DNA of 63,552 nucleotides, filler included, from Lenisia limosa (taxonomy: Eukaryota; Protista; Breviatea), in the NCBI GenBank assembly GCA_001655205.1. It is 12 parts of 12 records of this genome, joined end to end, with 100 filler letters (N's around TTAATTAATTAA, not from the genome) between each part and the next. Parts side by side here need not be neighbours in the genome. Positions count along the whole stretch, not along the records: positions 38,733 to 40,703 come from LPNZ01007723.1; positions 40,804 to 42,095 come from LPNZ01010331.1; positions 42,196 to 43,221 come from LPNZ01007425.1; positions 43,322 to 46,610 come from LPNZ01002492.1; positions 46,711 to 53,450 come from LPNZ01000068.1; 7 more parts are not named here. One strand, given 5' to 3'. The notes beneath the pieces were generated by a model that saw only the letters and a program-made list of their open reading frames with translations, did no database searches and was not told the origin of the DNA. Shown piece after piece: positions 40,230 through 51,859 of the stretch (positions are counted from its first letter, which is position 1; each line of letters opens with the position of its first letter). Made by a program: the position numbers and the translations under genes.

Positions 40230-40687
40230 CAACTCTATTTCTTAAGAATGGTGAAACAGAAAAAAGATAAGGCCTTTCCGGCCTTCTTGGCATTTCTAAC
40301 AGCAGGAGTGCGGCGCTTGGGGGTAGTAGCCTTGGGGACAGCTGTGCCTCAAGCTCTGACCTTCTTGGCAGCGGCATGGGTGGCAACACGCTCACGCTCC
40401 AAGTTGGCTTTATGCTCCTAGATAATAAAATTATTGATTCCTTGTATTGAGTAAAGTTAAGCAATGCGAGCAAACACTTCACCCAGTAATAGAATACAAA
40501 ATCTTTGTGATTTGAGAATAAATAGGAATGTGAACAGCATCAAGTGTATCAAGCAAAAATTGACCCTTTTCACACCTTCTCAATGGTACCCTTTATGAGC
40601 TTAGCTCGCTCGGAGATTGTAAGAGGGACTTCATTGGTGCGTTTTGCCTTCTTCTCAGAAGTAGGGGCATCGGAATCGGGGGCAGCC
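40230..40687 (-). CDS. Basic Lys/Ala/Thr/Pro-rich protein C-terminal fragment (histone H1-tail-like composition)
   Basis: AAPDSDAPTSEKKAKRTNEVPLTISERAKLIK..EHKANLERERVATHAAAKK|ATTPKRRTPAVRNAKKAGK, using a 30-nt intron at 40331-40360. Confidence 0.4.
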
Positions 40688-40921
40688 TGAGCATATTACA
40701 GCANNNNNNNNNNNNNNNNNNNNNNNNNNNNNNNNNNNNNNNNNNNNTTAATTAATTAANNNNNNNNNNNNNNNNNNNNNNNNNNNNNNNNNNNNNNNNN
40801 NNNGATATTTTGCAGTATGTGGTTTTTTTTTTGTTTGTTTTTTTGTTATATACTACATAATTATTATTTCTCAATTTTTTTTTAAAAAAATCATATTGTT
40901 CCTCCATCCTTACCCTCCCCA

Positions 40922-41895
40922 GGACTCCAGGCACTTTGTAGCCCGGGCCTTTCGAGCCATGAAAGTCAACTCGCGGGGCAAGAAACAAATGAGGTTGGGG
41001 GGGGGGGGGNNNNNNNNNNNNNNNNNNNNNNNNNNNNNNNNNNNNNNNNNNNNNNNNNNNNNNNNNNNNNNNNNNNNNNNNNNNNNNNNNNNNNNNNNNN
41101 NNNNNNNNNNNNNNNNNNNNNNNNNNNNNNNNNNNNNNNNNNNNNNNNNNNNNNNNNNNNNNNNNNNNNNNNNNNNNNNAAACTCACGATTGCATCCCTC
41201 CTCAACATCATTATATGACAATTTTAGACTTCACATTTTTTAATATCTGCAGACTTTTCAAACTAGATTTCATCGCCCTTATCCCAATAGACTGGTGAAA
41301 TTCACGACCACTTCCCTCCTAAACATTGACCCGCGGTCACGTAAAGTCCGAACTGAAACCAGGCTCTCTGACATAGTGGCTGTTGCCACCATCTCCCTCC
41401 GCCCTCTTGAGCTTTACTTCAGATTCCACCCCAACTCAACGGGTGAGGGGTATACACATTATCATTATATCATTTTTTGGATCATTTGCGCACATTTAAG
41501 CTCATATTTTCCACAGAAAATATTTGTGATTGCCCAACCAAGTCTCAATGATAATCTGATATACTCGGGTTCGCAGAAATTCAAAATAATGTACAATAAC
41601 CAATTGGTTTCCTACTTTTGTGAAAAAAAAATATAGTTCAAAGGGGCCGTCGTGTTATCTTTGTTAATAATATTGACTCGAAAGTCGGTCATATGATCAT
41701 ATCACGTGGATATTAGCCCAATTTATATCAAACAACGTCCTACACTTCCCCTAGGTTATCTGAAACAAATCAACTCAATTGTCACGTTCACCACTTTCCC
41801 CCCTGTATTCACGGCTCCACAGACGCCTCAGTGTCTCGCTACAAGAACAGCATCTTTGACCGGTTCAAGTCCTCTGTTGCTGACTCCTTGAATAG
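40922..41895 (+). CDS. PH-like (SIN1-PH-like) domain protein fragment
   Basis: Exons FVARAFRAMKVNSRGKKQMR|LVKFTTTSLLNIDPRSRKVRTETRLSDIVAVATISLRPLELYFRFHP resemble the K.N..GK.Q.R.L....I.N strand pattern of PH-like folds. Confidence 0.4.
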
Positions 41896-42310
41896 GTGGG
41901 TGTCTCCATAATATCAGTACCGCTACGGCTTCACTTCGGTTCAAAAAAAAGACTGAATTTCTCGATAAATCGTCGAAAACTATCGATATTTTAGTGTTCT
42001 TTTCGAACCGAAGTGTAACCACAATTACTACACCCTTAAAAACATCCTCCGACTTCGACCTGGAACAGGGGAGGGGGGAGTAAAACGAAGGAAATNNNNN
42101 NNNNNNNNNNNNNNNNNNNNNNNNNNNNNNNNNNNNNNNTTAATTAATTAANNNNNNNNNNNNNNNNNNNNNNNNNNNNNNNNNNNNNNNNNNNNCATAC
42201 ACACACATACAGACATACAGACACACATATACACACACAAACACACATAGGCACACATACAGACACACATACACAGGAAACCTATACCTCCACGACAACT
42301 TTTTACCCCC

Positions 42311-42651
42311 CATATTCTTCATCAAAATTTCCTTTATTACTACCTCCATTCTTCATCGAACTTTCCTTTATTATTACCTCCATTCTTCATCGAACTTTCC
42401 TTTATTATTACCTCCATTCTTCATCGAAATTTCCTTTATTATTACCTCCATTCTTCATCGAAATTTCCTTTATTATTACCTCCATTCTTCATCGAACTTT
42501 CCTTTATTATTACCTCCATTCTTCATCGAACTTTCCTTTATTATTACCTCCATTCTTCATCGAAATTTCCTTCATTATTACCTCCATTCTTCATCGAAAT
42601 TTCCTTTATTATTACCTCCATTCTTCATCGAAATTTCCTTTATTATTACCT
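42311..42651. repeat. 34-bp tandem minisatellite, about 10 units
   Basis: Unit (c/a)tttcctttattattacctccattcttcatcgaa, preceded by a CA-rich microsatellite at 42197-42275. Confidence 0.95.
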
Positions 42652-42668
42652 CCCCCCAGCTCCCCCAG

Positions 42669-42765
42669 TCGGAACGGTCGTGTCATGGATGCCACACGTG
42701 CCAGGAGCATCTCCACCGGAGGGCTGGATGATTTGTGACGGCTCGCTCGTTACCCTGGAGGGAAG
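42669..42765 (+). CDS. Exon encoding a phage tail-collar-like motif
   Basis: AG at 42667-42668 and GT at 42766. Translation (V)GTVVSWMPHVPGASPPEGWMICDGSLVTLEG matches the tail-collar consensus P.G.I..W....P.GW..CDG. Confidence 0.65.
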
Positions 42766-43321
42766 GTAGGTGTTTTATCGTAGTTTGTCTGATTTTTTTC
42801 TTTATCTTATTTTTATCTTATTTTTTATTTTTATTTTTCGTAAAAACGTCGTATTTTATCATTTTTTTTTATCGCAATAATTTGGAATAATATCATCATA
42901 ATATCTTAAATATGATACCATATGGGAGGGGTGAGCCTCACCATCGAAGGGAGGGCTGGATGTTGTTACTGATTGGCATTGTATCGTAGGTTAATATAAT
43001 TTTTATCGTAATAATATTGTATTAATCGTATAATATCATCATAATGTTATATTTTTCGTAATAATGTTGTATTTATCGTATTATCATAATAATCTTGCAA
43101 TGTTGTAATGTTGTAATTTCCTAAGTTTCTTTGTAACTATATCCCCTTAAATAGCATTATTTTAGGTGGATTTTGGGCTTTTTTTGTTTCATAAATTTTC
43201 TAATTTTACTCCCCCCCCCCCNNNNNNNNNNNNNNNNNNNNNNNNNNNNNNNNNNNNNNNNNNNNTTAATTAATTAANNNNNNNNNNNNNNNNNNNNNNN
43301 NNNNNNNNNNNNNNNNNNNNN

Positions 43322-44428
43322 TCGAGCGCCTCAAGCTACGTACGGCGCCGTGTCGACCGCGCCAAAAAGGGGCAGCACAGCGAGTCGTCCGCATCGGAGA
43401 GCGATATCTCGGACTCGAACTCGTCGGAGAGCTCTTTTGTGGATGATGAGGTAGGATAAACTTAAGGTTTTACTTCGATTCAAAAAAAGACTGAATTTCT
43501 CGATCAATCCTCGAAAACTATCGATATTTTATCAGTATTTTTCGAACCAAAGTGAAGCCCTGGATAAACTGGCTCTGTGGATGATGAAACTGGTTCTATT
43601 TTCATTTCCTCTAGGCGAGAAAGCAAAATCTATAAAACGGTGTCAACGAACTTTTTTGATGGAGCATATTTTCACCCATTAGGGTAACGACCGTGACCCC
43701 ACTCCTCCCCCCGCAACCAAGTCTCCTCCCAAGTTCCAGGCAAAATCGAGGCGTAAGCGCGCGCCCACTTCTGATAGCGGTACGAGGGTACCCCCTCCCC
43801 TTTACGCTGGAGTGATGGGATACGGTGCTGGCCTGGGCTTTGTTATCAAACCTTCTGTGTTGTCAACCAACAGAGTTGATTTTGGGCCTTTTTTTTTTCC
43901 ATACCCCTCCCCCCGCAGATCTACTGTCATACCCCTCCCCTCCCCATTTTATAAATTTCACTATTCCCTTTTACCCGGCCAGAGTCCGAGCTTTCTGACA
44001 ATGATGGCTTGGACGAGGAGTCCCTTCAAATCGACCTGTCAAGCGCATCTGAGAGGGTTTGCGGTGGTCTTATTGGCAACTCACCTTATTTGGAAGTCAG
44101 GACTTACCATATTTAGAATCCGCGGCCGGCAGCACCCCGGCGTAAACCTGGGTCCATTTCCGCCAGTTCCGACTCGTCTCTGTCCGGCTCTGACCTCGGC
44201 TCTTTTGACGGCTCCGTTTCGATGTCGAGCGATTCGGATGTATGGGGGGAGGGAGGGGTAGATCAAAGATCGAATATTTCGCTCTTTCAAATTCCTCTGG
44301 GATCTTTGACCTCCCCCCCTCCCCATTTTTTTCTCTACATTCATTTTATTACAAGTTATCTCCAATTCCTTTCGGTTTCTCTTACTTTGCAGTTGAGTGA
44401 CGGTGACGTCTCAGGCCTCTCGTCTTAG
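43322..44428 (+). CDS. Ser/Asp-rich C-terminal exons of a hypothetical protein
   Basis: Exons SSASSYVRRRVDRAKKGQHSESSASESDISDS.., SELSDNDGLDEESLQIDLSSASER and NPRPAAPRRKPGSISASSDSS.., with final exon LSDGDVSGLSS* ending at 44428. Confidence 0.6.
43463..43562. mobile_element. MITE family B (hAT-type, ~95-100 bp), copy with intact TSD
   Basis: Consensus TIR TAGGGCTTCACTTCGGTTCGAAAAAAGAC, with an 8-bp duplication GATAAACT at 43455-43462 and 43563-43570. Other copies at about 5392, 19678, 21525, 25254, 27225, 27713 (TSD cacccaac/ttcccaac), 30852, 32165, 33890, 35772, 35882, 36000, 36157, 41924, 47165, 54044 and 63175. Confidence 0.88.
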
Positions 44429-44607
44429 AGCTCTATTTATATCCAATTAGGTGTGTACGATATAGTGCTGGTTGCCAGTTCCATGTTTTGTGTGTTGTGC
44501 GAATATCCAGAGAAAATACCTTATAAGAGGATATTATTGGAAGAATATTCACTCAATCACTAAGACTATAGAATACAAATACTATACATTAAGAATACAA
44601 CCTTAAC

Positions 44608-46200
44608 ATTACACATTTGCCCTTGAGCCGAGCCCTGTCATCCGACTCGAGTCCCGCTCCATCCCACCATATCGCTGGGCAATAAGAGAAACGATAATAC
44701 GTCAACTTTAACCATAATCCGCAAAACATGGAAGGATGTGTGTAATACCATATGATATCATAAAAAAAATTTACTCCAGATGTCATGGATAATGAATGCC
44801 TGACAGTTTGCTTTAACTGCAACCCTTTGATAACCACATACCTGCGGAGACGACACCGTTTGGGTGAGAAGGTCTAACAAATGCTCGGTCCAAAGAGTGA
44901 ACTGGTATTATTAAAAGATGTTCACTCTCAAACATATCATATGTAACAATTATATTCCTGAATCAAAACAGAATAATTCTTTTTTCAGGAGTTCGAAACC
45001 AAATGTGGAATACATCAGGTCGGAAAACAAGCCTTTTGAGCAGCAGAAAAAAACAAGACTACTTCTGACACACCAACCTCGTGTGGAGACGGTGCCACGA
45101 AATCAAGGGTTCGGTTGACGCAAACAATAGAGAAGTGGCTCCCTGCAAAGCTCTTCTCAAAGTGCTTGCTGTTCAGGATCTGCTCTGATGGACCGGGAAT
45201 AACCGTCACAATTTCGGCTGAAAGGTGAGGCAAATGTCAAATTGAAATAAAAATGTTGTATGCCAAAGCCGAACACAAAAAGCAATTTGTTGAATGATGT
45301 GTTTATCCGTCAAAACAACAAATGGACCTTGATTACCTTGCTTCATTTTTCCATTGACTTCGCCCCAGAATATCATGCGCCGCACTGCGTTGAACACACA
45401 GAATCGCGTGTGGACTAGAAATGAGAAACGAAGGAAATCAGTGATGACATTGTGTTTCATCGATCAGACACAGCAAAAATCAATAAAGCAAAAAGCCCCC
45501 CCTCTCCCACGTTTGCCGTTACGGGTGTACTTCTGAAGCTTTGTGCCACGGAGTAGGGTACTTGCGTGTGTGGAGCGCGTGGACGGCGTACGCGGCCGCA
45601 AATCCTGGAGATTTCATGGGGAGCGGGAGGGATGCTTATTTATTAAAAACATAGAAGAGCGGGTACAGTTAATACAATGACAATGAGAGCCCCTAATCCC
45701 AGCAAATACAGCACACAATACACACACTACCACCCCCTACGGTCAGCGTGCTGCTGGTGACCAACCCGTCCGGCAAGGAGGCGATGGAGGCTGTCCTATC
45801 CCGCGGCGGCCGGAGTTCATTAACGCGTTTGTTAAAGTCTTCAACTTCGGTCTCTTTTTGCTGGGGGGGGGGGGGGNNNNNNNNNNNNNNNNNNNNNNNN
45901 NNNNNNNNNNNNNNNNNNNNNNNNNNNNNNNNNNNNNNNNNNNNNCACATAAAATCAACACTGTTGACTAAACTTTTTGAAAAAAACAACACCTGGGTAA
46001 GAACACAATTACAACTTCTTCAGTTATCTAAAAATGTGGCTGAAGATTGATTCATTAAATGTATTGTCACGTTCTCAAAAGAGGTTCTCACTCACCAGTC
46101 TTTGCTGAGCAGCCCCAATCAAAAACGTGAGGTGCGACACCAGCTCCGACGCTTGGGACGTGAACAGAACGATCTGAAGCAGGTCACTCATTAAAGATAC
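44608..46200 (-). CDS. Hypothetical protein, possibly PH-domain
   Basis: Exons QKETEVEDFNKRVNELRPPRDR, RFCVFNAVRRMIFWGEVNGKMKQ, FEKSFAGSHFSIVCVNRTLDFVAPS and FTLWTEHLLDLL follow PH-domain strand/helix order. Confidence 0.45.
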
Positions 46201-46906
46201 TGTCTCTGGAAAGCACAAGAGTGATATCCCAAAACCAAAACAAGTTTCTTATGGGGACATCAGGATTTATCCGAGATTACCAAGAATGCTACGTTTTTTT
46301 GTCAATAATCATTGATTTTTGTTTGTTCCAAATGACTGATATTTTGGATACATCCTTGCATACCTGTGAATGAGTATCCGTGAGTATTCTACACACAAGA
46401 CAGGATTCACTGTCGAGCTGTACAGAGGATATGGCCGTGAGCTCCACCGAATGCATTGACTCCTCTGAATACGTTGAGGATAGACATTGTTAGTGGTTGA
46501 TGGAAAGGAAGAAAGGAAAAAAAAAAAACGAAGGAAGGAAGAGTGTAGAGGATCATGCCACAAACCCAAGTCATCACGAAAAACCCATAGTTCTGAGTTG
46601 TCGTCTGAGANNNNNNNNNNNNNNNNNNNNNNNNNNNNNNNNNNNNNNNNNNNNTTAATTAATTAANNNNNNNNNNNNNNNNNNNNNNNNNNNNNNNNNN
46701 NNNNNNNNNNATCTAATCCTTGTAGGTATGCTGGGGAGGCACGCAGAAAGCTGTGTGCACAGAGTTGTCAAGCAAATGATTGGGTGAATTAATATTTATC
46801 GTACTATAATCACTATAACCATTATAAACGTGATGGTGTGGATACTCTTATTTTGTTACTCATTTCTACATATTCATTTTGGCTGTTCTAAGTTCACGAC
46901 TTTAGG

Positions 46907-49900
46907 CACTTCCTGAACTGGATGAGCTGGATACTTGAAGATGGAAATGTGGGACTTTTTTGAAGTGGCATTCACTTACCTCTTGCAGACTCAGCGGAGC
47001 ACGATTGAGTACTATGGGTTTGTCTCATTCCCCGAAGGAGTCCGTATCTCTATCTTGGACAAGCTCAACGACATACAGGTACGACGGCAGAAATCGTATA
47101 ATACTATAAGAAATCAGATACAAGAATACACAGTTGGATACGCGAACGAAAGAGGATTCTTTGAAGGACTTCACTTCGGCAACAAAAAGACCAGTGAATT
47201 TTCGATATTTATCGAGGATTTATCAAGAAATTTCGTCTTTTTAAAAACCGAAGTGAAGCCCAAGTGATATGTCACAAGTTCATGGCTGATACGGTGTAGT
47301 GTGTTTCCGAGATACTTGAAGACGGAACTGTCGTCTTAGAACCTGCCATTTGCCCCTATGTTGAGGGTGTGAAATGCAATGGAAAGGTGAGTGGTCGGTT
47401 TTGTACAGCCCAGCTTTTTATGGTTTCGTATATCATATTGACTTGTTAGGGCATTTGTAATGACGGAGAGTGCGAATGTGAGGAAGGCTGGCTTTTAAGC
47501 AACTGCACCGAATGTATTCTACCCGAGTGTCTGGATGAAAGTTGGTAGTGGTGTTTTACTGCGAATATCTCTTGGGGATTTCTCACTTTTTAGGCTCGAG
47601 CCTGTTTATGGTCTATCTTATCAGTGCTGGAGTTGTGCTCATTTTTGTTATTGTGGCAGTTGCTGCAATGCATCTCAAGAGCAAGGTAACAGAACTAAAT
47701 AATGGGTTTTTGTGTTGCAATTTGTCAATCGCAATTGGGGATTTTGCTAATCATGCAGGCCGCACTGAGGAAGCAACAACGCGAAATGTCGAAGCCCTTC
47801 ATCGTGGACATGGCTGACCTTGTGTTTGGAGGTGCGTGGCGGGGGAGTCATAACATGCGTGGTGGGGGACTCATGACTGTTTCACTAGTTCCTCATGCCT
47901 GTAGAGATTATTGGCGAAGGCAGTTATGGCGTAGTTTACTCTGGGTTGTGGAGAGGCACGCCAGTTGCACTGAAGGTTAGCAATGCTTGCATCGGTGGTT
48001 GTTACCGTCTAGGTTTTCAGACGGGACTTCTTCGGTTCTGGTACTACAGACAAAAGAAAAAGCAAAAAGACTTCCAAGAGAAGCAATGCCAGTAACACGT
48101 TTGCTTGCTCCCTTGCTGTACCACCTCACTCCTCAGGACTGCCAGCTCCTTCCCTAACACTGAAGCTGATGTGACTGTTACGAAACCCATTCTCAAATCG
48201 GTTTGGCGATACCTTTTCTTTTTTTATCTTTCACACTTTTTTCTCTCATGGAGTTCAGAGGAAAGGTGACGCTTCTTCCTCCAATGGCAAGCACCCCTTG
48301 TCAACTACGCATCTCAGGAGTCGCGTAGGAGGGTTAATGGTTGCTTTCTTGATTGTGGAAAGCCCATTTGACAATTTAGCGCTCTATGCTTGTGCCCACT
48401 ATGGGGAATCAAAGAATGACATCGATCCGGTTCACCGAATCCGGCTCAAAGGGAGTAGGCTGGTGTTAACTTTCCGTTTTTGGATGTTCATAAGAGGATG
48501 AGCTTGGAACTAACGTTTCAGCGCAATGTTACACGTCAAGAGCTGCATGATGCCGCAAAAGAAGAGGTTCAGATCTTGTGCCGTTTCAGGTTCACGAAGG
48601 GAGATTAGCACCAAACTCCAATTCAGTTGTGCAACCTAACCTCTCCAGACATCCCAACATTCTTCTCTTCATGGGGGTCTGCTTCTCCAACGATGATATT
48701 ATTGTGGTGACAGAGCTTCTTGAGAATGGCTCATTGTTTGATGTTATCCATGATGAATCGATTGAGCTTGCCAACGAAGAGGTGTGCTTGGGTAATGGGC
48801 AGTGCCACTGTAAAGAATCTGGCTGCAATTCCCACTGGACCGATTCCCTTCTCATCCCTGTAGATTCTTGACATGGCGTTGGATATCAGTCGTGGTGTTG
48901 GTATGTGGTTCTGTAGTTCCGACCCTTTCTCATCTCCTCAGAGTACCTGCACAACTGCAACCCTCAGATTTTGCATCGGGACCTCAAGTCGGCGAATATC
49001 CTCGTGGACTCCAACTTTGGCCTCCAAGTCAGCTGGGTTTTGGACCAAACCGAATCGATTATTCCTTTGCTGGTCTTTTTACTTACATCATTTGTTGACC
49101 TTTGCAGGTTGCAGACTTTGGCTTGTCGCAATTCAAGGAAAAGCTGACGAAGGGGGCCATTGTCGGAACCGTGCCTTGGATGGCACCTGAGGTAGGCTCT
49201 TTGTCTTCTGACGGTGCAGATTATCAAAAGTGGCATGTTCACGGAAGCTGCTGATGTGTATTCCTTCGGTATCATCCTATGGGAACTCTTGACGGGAATG
49301 GTGAGCTGTCTGACCGCTTACTTACTTTGCAGGAACCATACCCGTCTTTCTCTATTGAGGAAATCCGTGAGGAAGTTCCAAATGGACTGAGGCCCGAAAT
49401 ACCACCAGGTTCTAGGGGTGCTGTATGATTTGCCCCGTTGGTCAGATATAACTGTTCAGAGACGTCGCCTTTCTTCAGTAACTTGATTCAAAAATGCCTG
49501 GCCGCGGATCCGTTGGACAGGTCGGCATGGCTTCTGCTTGCTTGTTTGACTATTCAGACCACAGTTTGTTGAGATTTCGGCCATGTTGAACTCCGAAAAG
49601 GGCGATAGGAAAGCGTATAACCGGACACAGCACAACAAAAAGAGAGTGTGTCCACTATGACAAAGGCACATTGGTCCTTCTTATTTCCTTCTTCAGTCAC
49701 AGCATATGTTTTTCACAGTAACCCCCAGGCCGAATTGACGAACAAGATTCTTCCACCCCATATAGCGGCTGCGTTAGCTGAGGGCCGACCCGTGGAGCCG
49801 GAGACTTTCGAAGATGTTTGCCAGCTTTTTCACTTTTGCAGTGACCCCCTTCGAGACACTCACCCCACAGGTGACGATCATGTTTTCGGACATTGTGAAT

Positions 49901-51610
49901 TACACCTCTCTTGCCTCAAAATGCTCAGCGGACCAAGTAATGGTACGTCGTCTCTCGTCGCATGCACTTGCTGACACACTGCTTTAGAAACTCCTTGATG
50001 AGTTGTTTTCCGTCTTCGACAACCTGACCCGGAAATACGACCTTTACAAAGTCGAAACCGTTGGAGGTGAGGGTCCCTATGTTGCCTCACAACACAGACT
50101 GCTACATGTGTGTCGGAGGTTTGTACCCAAAGATCCCTGATCACTGCGAAAGAATGGCGAAAATGACCCTAGAACTGGTCTCAATCCTGGAGAACCCTGA
50201 CACCATGGTGTGTACGGCTGGTTGTTTGCTCCGCTATTGTTTTGCAATAAGAGCATTTATTGAGGCTATTAAGGCATAACCCCTATAGATCATGGACCCT
50301 CTCGGTAAACAGGTTTTGGTTCGTTTGGGATTCCATTCGGGTCCGGCCGTTGCATCAGTTGTGGGCTCCCTCAACCCGCGATACTGGTAAGCCATATGGT
50401 ATCTTCTGTTCACTATGCATACCTACTGTGATATCCAACTAATCGTTTAGTCTCTTTGGCGACTCCATCAATTTTGCATCCCGTCTTGAATCGAATGGTT
50501 TGTCAAAGGGGCTCTGGGGCTGACGGTATTATTGATGTTTTCTTTCCATGTGCTAACGCGCTCTTCTTCACACGTATCGTTTAACAACCCAGGCGATCCC
50601 CTCAGAATCCACGTTTCCAAGGAGGTAGCCTTCCGTCTTCAAGGCGCATTCATCCTCCAGGCCCGTGGCAAGGTGTTCCTGAAGGTGCGTAACACGCCGT
50701 TTGGGTTGAGCACTGATACTTTAGGGCAAGGGCAATCTTGAGACCTTCTTTGTTGTCGGAATTCGACAGACCATTTTAAGCCAGACAGAGCTTGAAAACA
50801 GCGCATCGTATATTGAAGAAGTCGACGATAAGTCCTCCGTAAGCCATTCCTAGCGTTATTGGTTCTGATTGTTCTCGCTCGAGTTGTATAATCCCTTCAG
50901 ACACTGGAGCGGATCCAATCTGACATATCCATGGCCCTCGCAATGAGCCGGGATGCGTCCACAGCATCAACATCGAGGAGGAAGCCAATAGTGGGTCTAT
51001 GAGATCGTTTTGATACAGACCTGAAGCTATGGGGTCTTTGCGTTAATAGACTTTACCCGTCTAGCCTAGGCAGTTGATGGGCCAATCCTCAACTGAGTCA
51101 ATGGATGGTAGGCCATGTGCAGATCATTTTTTTCAAGAAACAGTTTTTAATGCATCACTCTATTTTGAGCCTCCTGGACCTTAGTTTTAGCCCCTGAGCT
51201 TACCCCTCAGAATACTCCCTCCTCCCAGTAGTCCGACGCAGGCCTAGCCCAACAGTAGTCCGGACTCTGTTCTTGAGATGCATCATCTATTAGTCTAATT
51301 CCAGTCGTAATGAATACCGACTATCTAATACAACAGAACCGGCCAACCCCGATATTGGCACCGAAAACAGCGGTACTCTGCGCCTCCCCCGTCATGTCGC
51401 CAAGAGCACCGGCGGCCTTGGTTGGCGATGTGAGTGTGGATTTTCTCTTTCTTACCCCTCAGAGCTACCATATGAACCAGTCACGAAGCACGTCTTCGCC
51501 TGATCTCTGCAGCTCACCCGTGTCTCTCAGGTAGGTAATGAAGAGCAGTCCTTTTGACGCTCCAGGCCAGGGTTGTGCGAAGAATCCATCGATATGGTCG
51601 AGGAATAATA
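46907..51610 (+). CDS. Single-pass receptor: PstS-like ectodomain end, EGF repeat, TM helix, TKL kinase and guanylate cyclase (5' incomplete)
   Basis: EGF: [25 protein letters not shown]: [23 protein letters not shown]. Kinase: [71 protein letters not shown]. Class III cyclase: [40 protein letters not shown], where the Glu/Cys pair indicates GTP specificity. Confidence 0.9.
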
Positions 51611-51859
51611 GGTCTCTCATATTTCATATTTCAGCCCTTTTTCTACTGGTTTTTTATTTTATTTATCAGATGTTATGTTAGTTGTAAATTAATGCACTTT
51701 TCTAATGTTCAAATGGCTCTCACTTCAGCCACCCCATTTCTCTATAGATACTACATATTAACAACCATGTTACAGTCTAAATCTAGAGGGATCGTTGTTC
51801 CTTCGTGACGGTCCGGGTCGTGGGTCATTGTTATCTACTCTGTCAGAACAATCTAAACA

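Noticed and set aside
40331-40360. Apparent in-frame TGA readthrough or recoding in KKVRA*GTAVPKATTPK
   Set aside because: A 30-nt GT-AG intron (gtcagagcttgaggcacagctgtccccaag) removes the stop and keeps the frame, and it matches the minimal intron size seen elsewhere. SHMT and CaMK translate with the standard code.
42311-42651. CRISPR-like array
   Set aside because: The units are contiguous with no unique spacers, there are no cas genes, and the context is eukaryotic. This is a minisatellite.
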